A DNA stretch of 63,075 nt, the filler included, from Globobulimina sp. (lineage: Eukaryota), in the NCBI GenBank assembly GCA_003354225.1. It is 36 parts of 36 records of this genome, joined end to end, with 100 filler letters (N's around TTAATTAATTAA, not from the genome) between each part and the next. Parts side by side here need not be neighbours in the genome. Positions count along the whole stretch, not along the records: positions 1 to 1,656 come from PIVH01013530.1; positions 1,757 to 3,412 come from PIVH01013531.1; positions 3,513 to 5,168 come from PIVH01013532.1; positions 5,269 to 6,924 come from PIVH01013533.1; positions 7,025 to 8,680 come from PIVH01013534.1; positions 8,781 to 10,436 come from PIVH01013535.1; positions 10,537 to 12,192 come from PIVH01013536.1; 29 more parts are not named here. The stretch is one strand, 5' to 3'. The position numbers and the translations under genes were made by a program. The notes beneath the pieces are model-generated. The model saw nothing but the letters and a program-made list of their open reading frames with translations. It did no database searches and was not told where the DNA came from. The stretch's first letter is position 1; each line of letters opens with the position of its first letter. Positions 1-10,574 of the stretch are shown one piece after another.

Positions 1-131
1 ACATATATGTGTACATAGAAATTTTGATCATATCTATATATATATGATCACATGACTACATATATGTGTACATAGAAATTTGATCATATCTATATATGAT
101 CACACGACACACACACATGACTACATATATG
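1..131. repeat. Two-and-a-bit copies of a ~57-65-bp direct repeat with internal palindromes
   Basis: ACATATATGTGTACATAGAAATTT(T)GATCATATCTATATA..TGATCACA at 1 and 58, partial third copy CATGACTACATATATGTA at ~116-133. Confidence 0.8.
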
Positions 132-146
132 TATTTTATGACATCA

Positions 147-288
147 ACACTGCGCTGACGCGCAGTGCTGGCGCGCAGCGCCAGCGCAGTGTTGATGTCA
201 TATAAAATATATATTATTTGCATCGTTTTCAGTTTCAAACTATGCAAATAATAAATTTATCATCATTTTCAGTTTCAAACTGTATACA
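147..288 (+). repeat. Left terminal inverted repeat with GC-rich hairpin
   Basis: Reverse complement of 1515-1656 with only a few mismatches; stem 137-157/182-202 encloses GCTGGCGC-GCA-GCGCCAGC. Confidence 0.92.
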
Positions 289-351
289 AACAAAATAATT
301 TGTTTTTGTTTGCAGTTTCAAACTGAAAATATATAAATCAATCACACATTA

Positions 352-1370
352 TTACATACCATATTTATTAATCCGTTTTATTTTTTGTTTTTCAGATTTG
401 CACCATTTGTCCAAATACACTCTCCATTCAGCATCCATATCACATTCAAATTTATCTGGTAATGAATCTTTCTCGTCATCCGACATCTTGTTATACATTG
501 TCAACGTTATCCAAAATGTTTTCTCGAATTGATTCCTGTTTCCTTTCAATTGGAATTCCACCCGATGCCCGTTATAATAATCTGGCTCTCCTTCAATCCC
601 TTTGTTTTTATGGACAATATATGTAAAATATAATCTACCTCCAATTGCATTTGCTGCTGCATCCAATGCCGCTAAATCCAATACTTCAATCTCTTCGAAG
701 TCTAAACGATAAAATAACTGCTTTTTGATATTAATATCTTCGAATAACAATATATCCACACTGCGAATATCTTTTGTTATTTCATATTCATATTGTTTGA
801 ATTGAAGATACTTTTTATGTGTATCTTTCTTATTTGCTATATCTTTGAAAAAAATCGTATCCGTTGATTGCTCAGCACCCGGTTTGAAAGTTGCAGGTAA
901 CGAATATCCAGTATGTGTTATTGTTGTTTTCGGCAAATGTGTGAGTTTCCCCTTTGTATCATTTGATTTTTTCAATATAAACTGCCTCTTTAAATAATAT
1001 TTCGTTTTGTCATCACTGTGCGTAATTTCTTCATCTGTTGGCGCCTTTTGATTTGTCACTATATATTTTACTCCATCCGCTTTCTTTTCACAAATAGCTT
1101 CATCCCACCATTTAACAATTTGATGTACATGGTATAAATTGTGCATTCCGTAATAACCTGTGTATATTATATTAATTTTCAGTTTCAAACTGTATACAAA
1201 TAATTAATACCTGAATTATGCGTAATTTCAAATAATATCATTCTGATAAATGGAATCTTCTCGAAATATTTAATATAACATATTTCAGGGTCGCCAGTTT
1301 CATCCGCCCATACTTTCATAAACATTCGATATGGATTAATTTGTTGTTCGTACACTAATGCAATTGCCAT
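352..1370 (-). CDS. Orphan protein, probably spliced (exons 1370-1211 and 1157-352, ~321 aa)
   Basis: ORFs 1185-1502 and 352-1188 join in frame (..HNSG|YYGM..) by removing a 53-nt GT-AG intron 1158-1210; true start uncertain. Confidence 0.65.
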
Positions 1371-1514
1371 ATTACGCGATTTGATTTGATTTGTCTCGTT
1401 TCCTTCAATTCTCTTTGGCTTCGATAATAGTAAAAAATCTTCGTTTTCTGTATGTATATTTTTTTTATTATTTATTTTCAGTTTGAAACTGAAAATGGAC
1501 AAAAAAATATATTA

Positions 1515-1656
1515 TGTATACAGTTTGAAACTGAAAATGATGAACAATATATTATTTGCATAGTTTGAAACTGAAAACGATGCAAATAATATATATTTTA
1601 TATGACATCAACACTGCGCTGGCGCTGCGCGCCAGCAATGACCGTGAGCGCAGTGT
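1515..1656 (-). repeat. Right terminal inverted repeat with GC-rich hairpin (runs off contig end)
   Basis: Inverted copy of 147-288; ACACTGCGCT...AGCGCAGTGT stem around GCTGGCGCTGCGCGCCAGC. Confidence 0.92.
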
Positions 1657-1756
1657 NNNNNNNNNNNNNNNNNNNNNNNNNNNNNNNNNNNNNNNNNNNN
1701 TTAATTAATTAANNNNNNNNNNNNNNNNNNNNNNNNNNNNNNNNNNNNNNNNNNNN
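1657..1756. other. Artificial contig spacer (first of 35 identical N44-TTAATTAATTAA-N44 linkers)
   Basis: Same 100-bp linker recurs every ~1755 bp; intervening contigs shrink monotonically from 1656 to 1654 bp; TTAATTAATTAA gives stops in all six frames. Confidence 0.99.
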
Positions 1757-2041
1757 TGGGTTTGGTTAGCTGATAATAATAGTAAAAAAACCCATGTCAA
1801 CTCGGCCCGACTCGATCACTAACACCATGTCAACCCGATCCCTACACTCTGACTCGGCTCGGCTCGGCTCTGACTCTGACTCATAAACGACAAAGACTTA
1901 ATATGTACACAAAACAGTCTGTTATTTGTATTATGTAATAACGGCAAATTATATGAAAAATATGATTTACGTTCGCATTCGGCACATCATATCAAGTCAA
2001 TTCTGAGGATTGCATGTTTTCGCGATATTTATATTTCTGAT

Positions 2042-2614
2042 GTGATCTGCAATGACCATGTTACATTTGTAATTACTAAACATGGCCAAGTTTATTATAA
2101 GTCCTCCCTATCCAGCAAAGGTATAGAATTTGGATTGTTTGAAAATTATTGTTCAGAATTTCTAAAATATGAATGTTTTTTGGTTGATGTGAAAATTACA
2201 AAACTAAAATTAGGTTATCGCCACGCGGTTGCTCTGGATGAGAATGGATGTGTTTATCTGTGGGGATGCAATGAATTTGGACAAGTGATGAATGACACAA
2301 ATGAATGTATTTCTAAACCAAAACCATTCAATGATTATATTGAGAAAGCAGTTTCTGTTGCATTTGATTCAATTGTGTTAGGCGGAAATCATAGTTTTAT
2401 AATATCAAAAACAAATAATATTTGCTATGGATTTGGTAATAATAACTATCAGCAATTGAGACTGTACGATGACGCAAAAGCAAATGTAAACGAATTTATT
2501 CCCTCTGCAATTATGGCCACAAGAATGAGCATATTTGAAAAATTGATGAAATATAATGCAAAAGCCAATATATTTGCTATTAAACATCATACATATGTTG
2601 TTGTAGAGCAATGA
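2042..2614 (+). CDS. RCC1/BLIP-II repeat protein (partial)
   Basis: LKLGYRHAVALDENGCVYLWGCNEFGQV and IVLGGNHSFII..CYGFGNNNYQQL RCC1 repeats. Confidence 0.85.
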   Translation: MICNDHVTFVITKHGQVYYKSSLSSKGIEFGLFENYCSEFLKYECFLVDVKITKLKLGYRHAVALDENGCVYLWGCNEFGQVMNDTNECISKPKPFNDYIEKAVSVAFDSIVLGGNHSFIISKTNNICYGFGNNNYQQLRLYDDAKANVNEFIPSAIMATRMSIFEKLMKYNAKANIFAIKHHTYVVVEQ

Positions 2615-3065
2615 GATCATTTTTTGTTGTATTAGATTTGATATAATTATTTTTTGTTTTGAATCTTCCAAACGAGTTGTTCCAGTGATGGGATTTCAAC
2701 TTCGGGGCGGGGTTATTCGCCAAAACAACTCTACGCTTTCCCTGACAATTATGTTGGATTTCATACAAGTGATACAACAAAACAAAACAAAAACACATTA
2801 ACTATTTATTATTTAATTGAAATACATTTATCGTTGGATTAAAACCAAAATTCAACAAAAAAAAGAAAAAATTCAATAAAAAAAACTGACGATAAAGAGG
2901 CTGTCACAAAGACAAATCTATATAATAATACTTTTATTAGTTTTATATATCACAATTCGAAAATTAATACTTGATAATTTATAATTAACTCAACATAATG
3001 TACACAATCACAAAAAAATGTATACAATACATAGGTATAAATTGTATATTATCTCAATTCCCAAA

Positions 3066-3411
3066 TCACCATTGTTTCCTTTGCTGTTGAGGTTGACAAT
3101 ATTGCCCAGGTTGAGGTTGCGCATAAACCACACGTTGTTGCTGAGGTTGCCCATACTGTACTTGTTGGGGTTGTCCATACTGAACTTGCTGAGGTTGTCC
3201 ATATTGAACTTGTTGGGGCTGTGCATAAACTACGCGCTGTGATTGTTGTTGGGGTAATACAATCTGTCGCCCATATTGATCATAAGCCACTCTTCGTTGT
3301 TGTTGATGCGGTTGTGCCAATCTTTGCTGTTGCTGCGGTTGCGCATATTGCACTTGCTGTGGTTGTTGCTGCTGTACATAAACAACACGCGGTTGTTGTT
3401 GTTGTTGCGGC
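3066..3411 (-). CDS. Gln/Pro/Tyr-rich repeat protein C-terminus (5' truncated)
   Basis: Open frame of QQVQYGQP / RVVYAQPQ repeats with synonymous variation, followed by an AT-rich 3' region. Confidence 0.75.
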
Positions 3412-3862
3412 TNNNNNNNNNNNNNNNNNNNNNNNNNNNNNNNNNNNNNNNNNNNNTTAATTAATTAANNNNNNNNNNNNNNNNNNNNNNNNNNNNNNNN
3501 NNNNNNNNNNNNAAATATTAGTTTATATATGAGTTTTTTTATGCAAGTCTGTTTAATTACGTAAAAACAATAACTAACAGTTTGTTTAGAAAACCCAAGT
3601 GTATATTTGGCTTGTTTGTTTGTATATTGTTATTATTTATGCAAAAACAAACAACAACAATGATTCCTAGCAACAGACTGTTTATGACATTGTTTAAAAT
3701 GACTGCGAAAAAGTCCAAGTTTTACGAATATTACAAAACAATATATAAGACATTGTTCAACAAAACACACTATACCCAATATTGTTTTGATACGCTCTTG
3801 CTCGCTGTCTTAATAACAATATTGCATCAAAACAAAAGCAACAGATGGCAATCCTTTAAATT

Positions 3863-5168
3863 TTATGATGTCCAATGTTTTATTCCAATTATATCTTTGT
3901 GTTGCAATTCATAAAAATGATTCAATCGAATATCAAAACATTCCACTTTATATTTATTTGGATACGACAGATCTGCAGCTTTTTGCAACCTATCTCGTGT
4001 ACATTGGTGTAGATATACCTTATTTTCTTCATTTGCTTTGGATTCAACATTTTTATCACTACTCAGTGCTAGAAACTCTTTGTGATGATAAGAATAAGAA
4101 TCAAAAATATCCAGTAACACAGCAGAGAACAATTGGAGCAAAATGGATGGAATGACAATCATTAATGTGATAAAATAGAAATACGGTATTAAACTCCCAA
4201 ACGAATGTTTTCCAAATTCATTACTAAATATCTGTGCATAGCCAAACATAAAAACATGCCAATTATTTGCAATCAAAGCAATAAAACTCTGATGTATGGC
4301 TGCATTGAAAGAATGGAAATTAAATGATTGGAAATATTTATCTGTGAACAGTGGTGAACCCCAGCTGTGACCATCAATGTGTGTCTCATCAATCTGTGAA
4401 AAATTAATTCCAGCAAATAAATCCATTCCAATGGTAGCAAATGAGTACATTGTAAGAACCAAATGGATCAAAATTGGCGAAGATGCTCGTAAGGAATAAA
4501 TCATTGCATTCAAAACTGGATAAATACTGGTTGGAAATGCATATTTTATTAAAAAAACAGCCACAGAAAATAGTCGCAATAATTCTATCGAATCATCCAA
4601 TCGTTCAAATGCTAATTTATCACTGCCAGTGTCTAATATATTTACTGCAATCATAATAAGTGTAATGATGCCGTTCAATAAATGTCTAGATTTGCAGTAA
4701 TGTCTCCAATGAGTTCCACATAAACGGATAAAAATTTCAAACATCCAAATGTAGTCAATCACTGCTAAAGTAATGCTGATATATGGCTGACAATAATCGT
4801 TTGATAATCTTACAAACGTCAATATGCACTGAAAGATAGTAAGTAAATCGAATATCCTTCCAAATAATTGATATTTTATTATTGATTCACATAAAGACAC
4901 AATGTTGCATTTTGAGGCATGAATCTGTAAACATATAATATAAAGAGTTTAAATAAAATCATAAGGTCTTAACTGGAAGTAATTTTATTCGCGTTCCCAA
5001 ATACCACGGTATATAATGAATAAATAGTTTCTCCGTCAAATATCTCTCCCTTGTATTCACATTGTAAATGGAGACCGCATTCCAAATAATCTCTTTTTTC
5101 AAATAACTCAATGTTCCTTTCCCAAAATCACGAGATGAATGCAAAAGTTGTAAATATTGAATCTTTGA
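3863..5168 (-). CDS. Two-pore/voltage-gated cation channel, C-terminal Ion_trans domain (partial)
   Basis: Six hydrophobic segments, YSFATIGMDLFAG and pore SFIALIANNWHVFM typical of TPC domain II; in-frame 49-nt intron 4925-4973. Confidence 0.8.
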
Positions 5169-5423
5169 NNNNNNNNNNNNNNNNNNNNNNNNNNNNNNNN
5201 NNNNNNNNNNNNTTAATTAATTAANNNNNNNNNNNNNNNNNNNNNNNNNNNNNNNNNNNNNNNNNNNNAAAACTTTCTTTTTGCATGGCAACTGATCAAA
5301 CTGACAACACGACAAATGATTTTATGATCACTGATGATTACCTGGTATGTACTTGTTCCGTTTGATTGCAACATTGTTGATAATTAACAAGCAATCCATT
5401 CACAGCAAAATGACTCCAATAAC

Positions 5424-6924
5424 GTGGAATTACAGCAATTGCCAACAAATGCTAACGACAATAATGCCGAGAAAAGTGTCTATGACAAACTGAAATCCTT
5501 TGTTATGGACACTGAATTAAACAAAAACAAGATTGATAGGGATGAATTTTATAAATTATGCAATGAAAATAATATAAATAAAGATATCGGAGTCCATATC
5601 TTTAACATTGTCGCTAAAAATAATGAATCCCTTATGAGCGTACAACAATTTATATCATGGAAAGACTTATTAACCACAGACGACATGAAAAATATTACAG
5701 AGAACAATATAAATAATAATAATGAACCAGATTTTTTAGGTCCAATCGGTAAATTATCCATAGACATTGAAGAAAAGGACGAAAAAGATTCAATGATCAA
5801 CAAAATCTCCAAAATAGACAAAGCCATCTATGACACCAACAATTTGGAAGAGGAGAAATACCCATTGCACCCCCCGCGATTTTGTGAAAATGAATATGCG
5901 ACAAAACGGTGTCATCGCCCCGTCCGAAATAACGTTTTCATGGAAAAAACAGTGGAAGAATGCAACTCCGAAGAGATAAATTTCGAAGTTGAACGACTGA
6001 TTTGTTGCTTGCATTTCTTAGCTGAAGAATATAATATATACCATACACTGAAGGGGTATTTGGACGAAATTGCCAATGCCTCGCAAGTCAAAGACATCTC
6101 ATCGCCGTACGCATTCAGTCAAAAACAGAAAGGCAAAAAAGTGGCTGCAGCCCCTCGCGAATGGGAAGAAGAAAAGTTTCTCATCTTAAAAAAATCCGAC
6201 ACTGCGCACCACATTAAATGGCTGCATATGGCCTATGTGACTGAAAAAAATAAACGCTTATTCCACAAAAAGACATTTAATTCCAAAGCACCCAATTTCG
6301 ACAATGTAATCCACAAAAAAGCAAAATTGCAGCAATTGTACCTTTATTTGAAGTCAATATGGCGAGATATGATCGCCTCATTAACGGAAGCTTGGAACAA
6401 AGAGAATGAGCTTCCACCAATAAATGAGGAGTCGCCGCGTAACAATAACGCACAAAACAAAGTCTTGCAACAATTAAAAAAAACATTAGCAGTCAAATCA
6501 CAGAATGATATGATCCAAAAGTTATCGACATTTTCCAGCGACGATGACGATTTCTACCCAGGCCACGAAGACAAATACGACCCAATTTATTCCTGCACGG
6601 CCACCCGTGGCGAGATGGTCTGTTATGAGAGTTTGTGCCACGTAGTATTTAACGATAGTGTGTCGGCCAGCAATTTCCAAGGCAGCATCAGCGATTTTCA
6701 GAAAATAACCAAAGCGTTCAACATATTACGAGCCAATGACCATGCAATTGCTGCAAAAACGTGTGGATGGGTCACTACCATCGACAATATATTATCGGTT
6801 TTGCTGTATCGCGATCTTAGATGGTATAGTTATAATTTTATCGGTGAATTACGCATTTCATTGGTCATTCAAGGCACGAAAACCACCAAATTAGGCAATT
6901 ACGAAAATAAAGAACGGCTAACTG
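5424..6924 (+). CDS. Hypothetical protein with N-terminal degenerate EF-hand pair (partial)
   Basis: ~500-codon ORF; KIDRDEFYKLC..IFNIVAKNNESLMSVQQF resembles EF-hands; upstream GTATGT..CACAG intron ~5345-5406. Confidence 0.6.
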
Positions 6925-9149
6925 NNNNNNNNNNNNNNNNNNNNNNNNNNNNNNNNNNNNNNNNNNNNTTAATTAATTAANNNNNNNNNNNNNNNNNNNN
7001 NNNNNNNNNNNNNNNNNNNNNNNNGTGGATTTTGTCATGGTACCAAATATGTGGTTTTTCATTTAAGCCTTTTAATGAGTCCAACGGACCACGAGAGTAT
7101 CAAAAATGAATTCTATGGCAAAAATTAACCCAGGTAAGTACTTTTTATCATAAAATTTGTTTATTTGGCAAAGTGCCAAATTTTGGCCATCTGCGTTTCG
7201 AGACCCCATATCTCAGCAACGGAGAGTCGAGGGGACCTGGGACTTGGACAATTCGACGTAGAATGAAAAGTTACTGTATACGCGCGGGCTTTTGAGCATT
7301 TTGTACCACTTTTTAACCGTTTTGCCCCAGAAAAACCGTTTTTTGGCCTTTTTAGCCCTTTTTTGGCTTTTTTGTCTCTACCCAGCCATATAAAATCGAT
7401 CGTAGCTCCTCAGGGATGAATTTTTGGAAAAACGTTTAAGACATCAAAAATGATCGCCCTGACGAAGGGAATCGATTGCTGTACTCCGATTTCACTTTTG
7501 AGCAACTTCCGATAACCCGTTTTTCTAAGGTTTCAACAAAATGGGTACCCATTTTGGAAATTCCAAAAACTGACTTCAGCGCAAGGTAGGTCTCAGTGCG
7601 GGGAACAACTTTTGTACAGAAACTTTTTTGATCCGAGCACGTTACAAAATATAAAAACGCAAAAAACCGCCAGTCCGCATCATTTTTGCATGGACTTTAG
7701 TTCAAAACGATATATAACCATCCCATATAACGATAATTTTTATTTTGCTCATATAAAATTTGGGACGTTGTTTGTCGCGAACGTCGCGATAATTTACAAC
7801 TAACAATAGGAAGTCCGAGTGAAGACTACTAATTTATAAAACGTTTGGGAAATTGTACGTACATTTTGTTGTCTGTTTTGTGCGTACGGAAAAGGTTTAC
7901 TAATGAAGTTGGCGTATGGTTGGCGCATAGTTCAAAGGTGGCGCAGATTAGGCTTGGCGTAGATGGCGCACAGAAGCGAAGAATACAGTATACAAATAAT
8001 TAATGCGTCTATCTAGCTATAAAGTCATGCTCATCTTTGGCGGCAATTATGATAAGATGGAAGTTTTATGGGAAACTTGCGATATGCTCCCTGTGTTTTC
8101 CGGTGGAATTGTCTCTGCAGTCGAAATCGAATTAACTTGATTTGATACGATTATTTATGCTCTGTTATTACTGGTCGTTTTTATATTGTATATATGCTCC
8201 CGTTAGTGTCGATAACTTGTTTTGTGTTTACACTTATTGTTCTTAAATTCCTGGTGCCGTGCGTTGCTCTTGGTCATATAGACCGGTTTGTTAGGATTTT
8301 TATAGTAAAATTACTTTTATAATTTTCGTACTAGTAAACACCATATATAATAAGCTTTAGGATTTTTATTATTATAACCATGTCTTGCACTGTATCTTCA
8401 GATTAGCTGCCAGTGCATCAGGGCCGACAGTTTGGGTATTTTGGTAAAATCTCAACCTTCTGAACCTTTTAATTATCCAATCTAAATTATTCTAAAACTT
8501 CATTTTGGTATCCTAAAACTCTGGAAGCCCATTCTGTCATATGGTGACCTGTCAAACGATCCAGTAAAGCTCTGAACGATTTTCTATTGGGGGAAAATCG
8601 TTAGTCAAAAGGACATTGGTCAACTTTGAAGAAATTTCGGTCAGCTGATAAGAAGAAAAGCTAAAGATAAGTACAAAGATNNNNNNNNNNNNNNNNNNNN
8701 NNNNNNNNNNNNNNNNNNNNNNNNTTAATTAATTAANNNNNNNNNNNNNNNNNNNNNNNNNNNNNNNNNNNNNNNNNNNNTTGTCAAAAGCTGTTGCTTT
8801 TTTTTTTTGATCATGTTTAGTTAATTATTATTTGTGGTTTTTGTTTGTTTTTAAATGTATTATTTTGCACTGCTTTTTGTTTATTTTTCTTATAAAATTT
8901 ATGGCATTGAAAGCGATGATTATTTTAACGTACTGTTTTGATTTTTTTTTGACATTCATTGCTTTCCAAATAAACATATATTGCAGTTTTTCTTTATACC
9001 ATTCGAATTGTATGTTTTTAATTCTTTTAATCTTAGTTCTTTTTTCGAAACTCTGTATCGTTCCATTTCGCTTGTTACAAAATGGAAGATTTCTTCAAAA
9101 CTTTAAGAAAACGAGGTAGAAACTCTCAAAGATCGTTGTTATTCAATGA

Positions 9150-10340
9150 TCATGTAACTAAATGTTCTTCTTTCCATTTTTTAATTTCTCGATTTAACTC
9201 CCTGCATTCAACAATACCACTCACATCAACATATTGTTGAGTGATAGGATCCGATTTATTTTCTTCAATATACTTTGTAACAAATGATTCATTATAAATG
9301 TATCCAGATTGCATTATTCTTACTGCGCTGTCCATCAACTCATACAAAACCGGATCAACATATTTTATTGGAATATCCTCACTTTTCATATACATCCTAT
9401 TCGCCATAACATTATCAAAATTATCACTTACAACCACATCGGATATTGCATTTAAAATGCTTTCCTGTTCATTGTGATTATCTATTCCCACCATTCGCAA
9501 AGTAACATAATTAATAGACAATAACTCACAGCCTTTAAGTCTTCCGACAACGATATGCTTTCTAAACCGCCTATAACCAACACCACCAAACATATGATCA
9601 TTCACTCGATTAAACCAATAAATAATTGCATAATGACTCCAGTCATTAACACTTATTCTCCCCACTTCAACCTCCACGGCCGTCTGCATTCCAGTTCCTG
9701 TTCCATTTCCACATTCCATTTTATGTGTTTCCCAATCAGATAATTGACATTTTTTATTGCAGTAAAATGCCGATTTGCATTTACTGCATCTCCACACAGC
9801 CTCATCTCTTAAATCACAACCACAGCAACCACACATTAACACCACTGGTTCAGCTGCAATCATATCATCATTCATTGGTAGTTTTTGTTTCTTGAATACA
9901 TTATCATTGTCATCATCCAATTTCCGTTTGAGAGGCACTACATCGTTTGCCTCAATTATTGAGTTACAATCATAACGAGAATGACCTGGTTGCCCACATC
10001 TGAAACAAGTTAAACGTTTATCCAATTTCCGGACAGCATTAATGAAATTACACAATCTGTTTTGAAACTGATTGATTGCGTGATACTGCGCATCTTTTTT
10101 TTTGCCCCGCATTTGTTTTAATATATTTTCTGCAGAAATATGAGGAGATTTACATTTCGATGTCCAGGACTGTATGAATGTGCGTTGTTGTTTGGGAATC
10201 CACTGAATCCATTCTGTGAGTTGGCGTGCTTTAATTTTTTTGAATACATGTATCCATTCATCGCAATTAAACGGTTCCTTCTTTCGTTTTATTTTGAGCC
10301 ATAAATGGTTGCCGATTTTATGTATTCCTTTGATATTCAT
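9150..10340 (-). CDS. CCHC knuckle + MYND finger + SAM-like + U-box protein
   Basis: CFRCGQPGHSRYDC; CxxC..CSKCKSAFYCNKKCQLSDWETHKMEC; WSHYAIIYWF..LKGCELLSI..LRMVGI; IPIKYVDPVLYELMDSAV..SGYIY..SDPITQQ. Confidence 0.88.
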   Translation of the reverse strand: MNIKGIHKIGNHLWLKIKRKKEPFNCDEWIHVFKKIKARQLTEWIQWIPKQQRTFIQSWTSKCKSPHISAENILKQMRGKKKDAQYHAINQFQNRLCNFINAVRKLDKRLTCFRCGQPGHSRYDCNSIIEANDVVPLKRKLDDDNDNVFKKQKLPMNDDMIAAEPVVLMCGCCGCDLRDEAVWRCSKCKSAFYCNKKCQLSDWETHKMECGNGTGTGMQTAVEVEVGRISVNDWSHYAIIYWFNRVNDHMFGGVGYRRFRKHIVVGRLKGCELLSINYVTLRMVGIDNHNEQESILNAISDVVVSDNFDNVMANRMYMKSEDIPIKYVDPVLYELMDSAVRIMQSGYIYNESFVTKYIEENKSDPITQQYVDVSGIVECRELNREIKKWKEEHLVT

Positions 10341-10574
10341 TGATGTTTTGACTGTATTGTGTGTAATATGTTATTTGCGTTTTTTTTATATATACATTTC
10401 AATGTAACCTCAACTTATTTTGCCACCCCTAATGTTNNNNNNNNNNNNNNNNNNNNNNNNNNNNNNNNNNNNNNNNNNNNTTAATTAATTAANNNNNNNN
10501 NNNNNNNNNNNNNNNNNNNNNNNNNNNNNNNNNNNNTTAAAACAATTGTAGACATTTATGCTACCAATATTTAT

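Larger units (their letters stand above)
137..1656. mobile_element. Putative hairpin-capped TIR element carrying one orphan gene
   Basis: Long TIRs, three subterminal CAGTTT(C/G)AAACT motifs ~40 bp apart at each end plus one internal copy; no recognisable transposase. Confidence 0.6.

Noticed and set aside
226-330. CRISPR-like array of TTTTCAGTTTCAAACT repeats
   Set aside because: Only three ~16-bp repeats per end with AT-rich palindromic spacers mirrored in the TIR, no cas genes, eukaryotic context.
1657-1756. Periodic TTAATTAATTAA motif as a biological repeat, and ORFs ending in X..LIN
   Set aside because: Artificial linker embedded in Ns; ORF extensions into it are artefacts.
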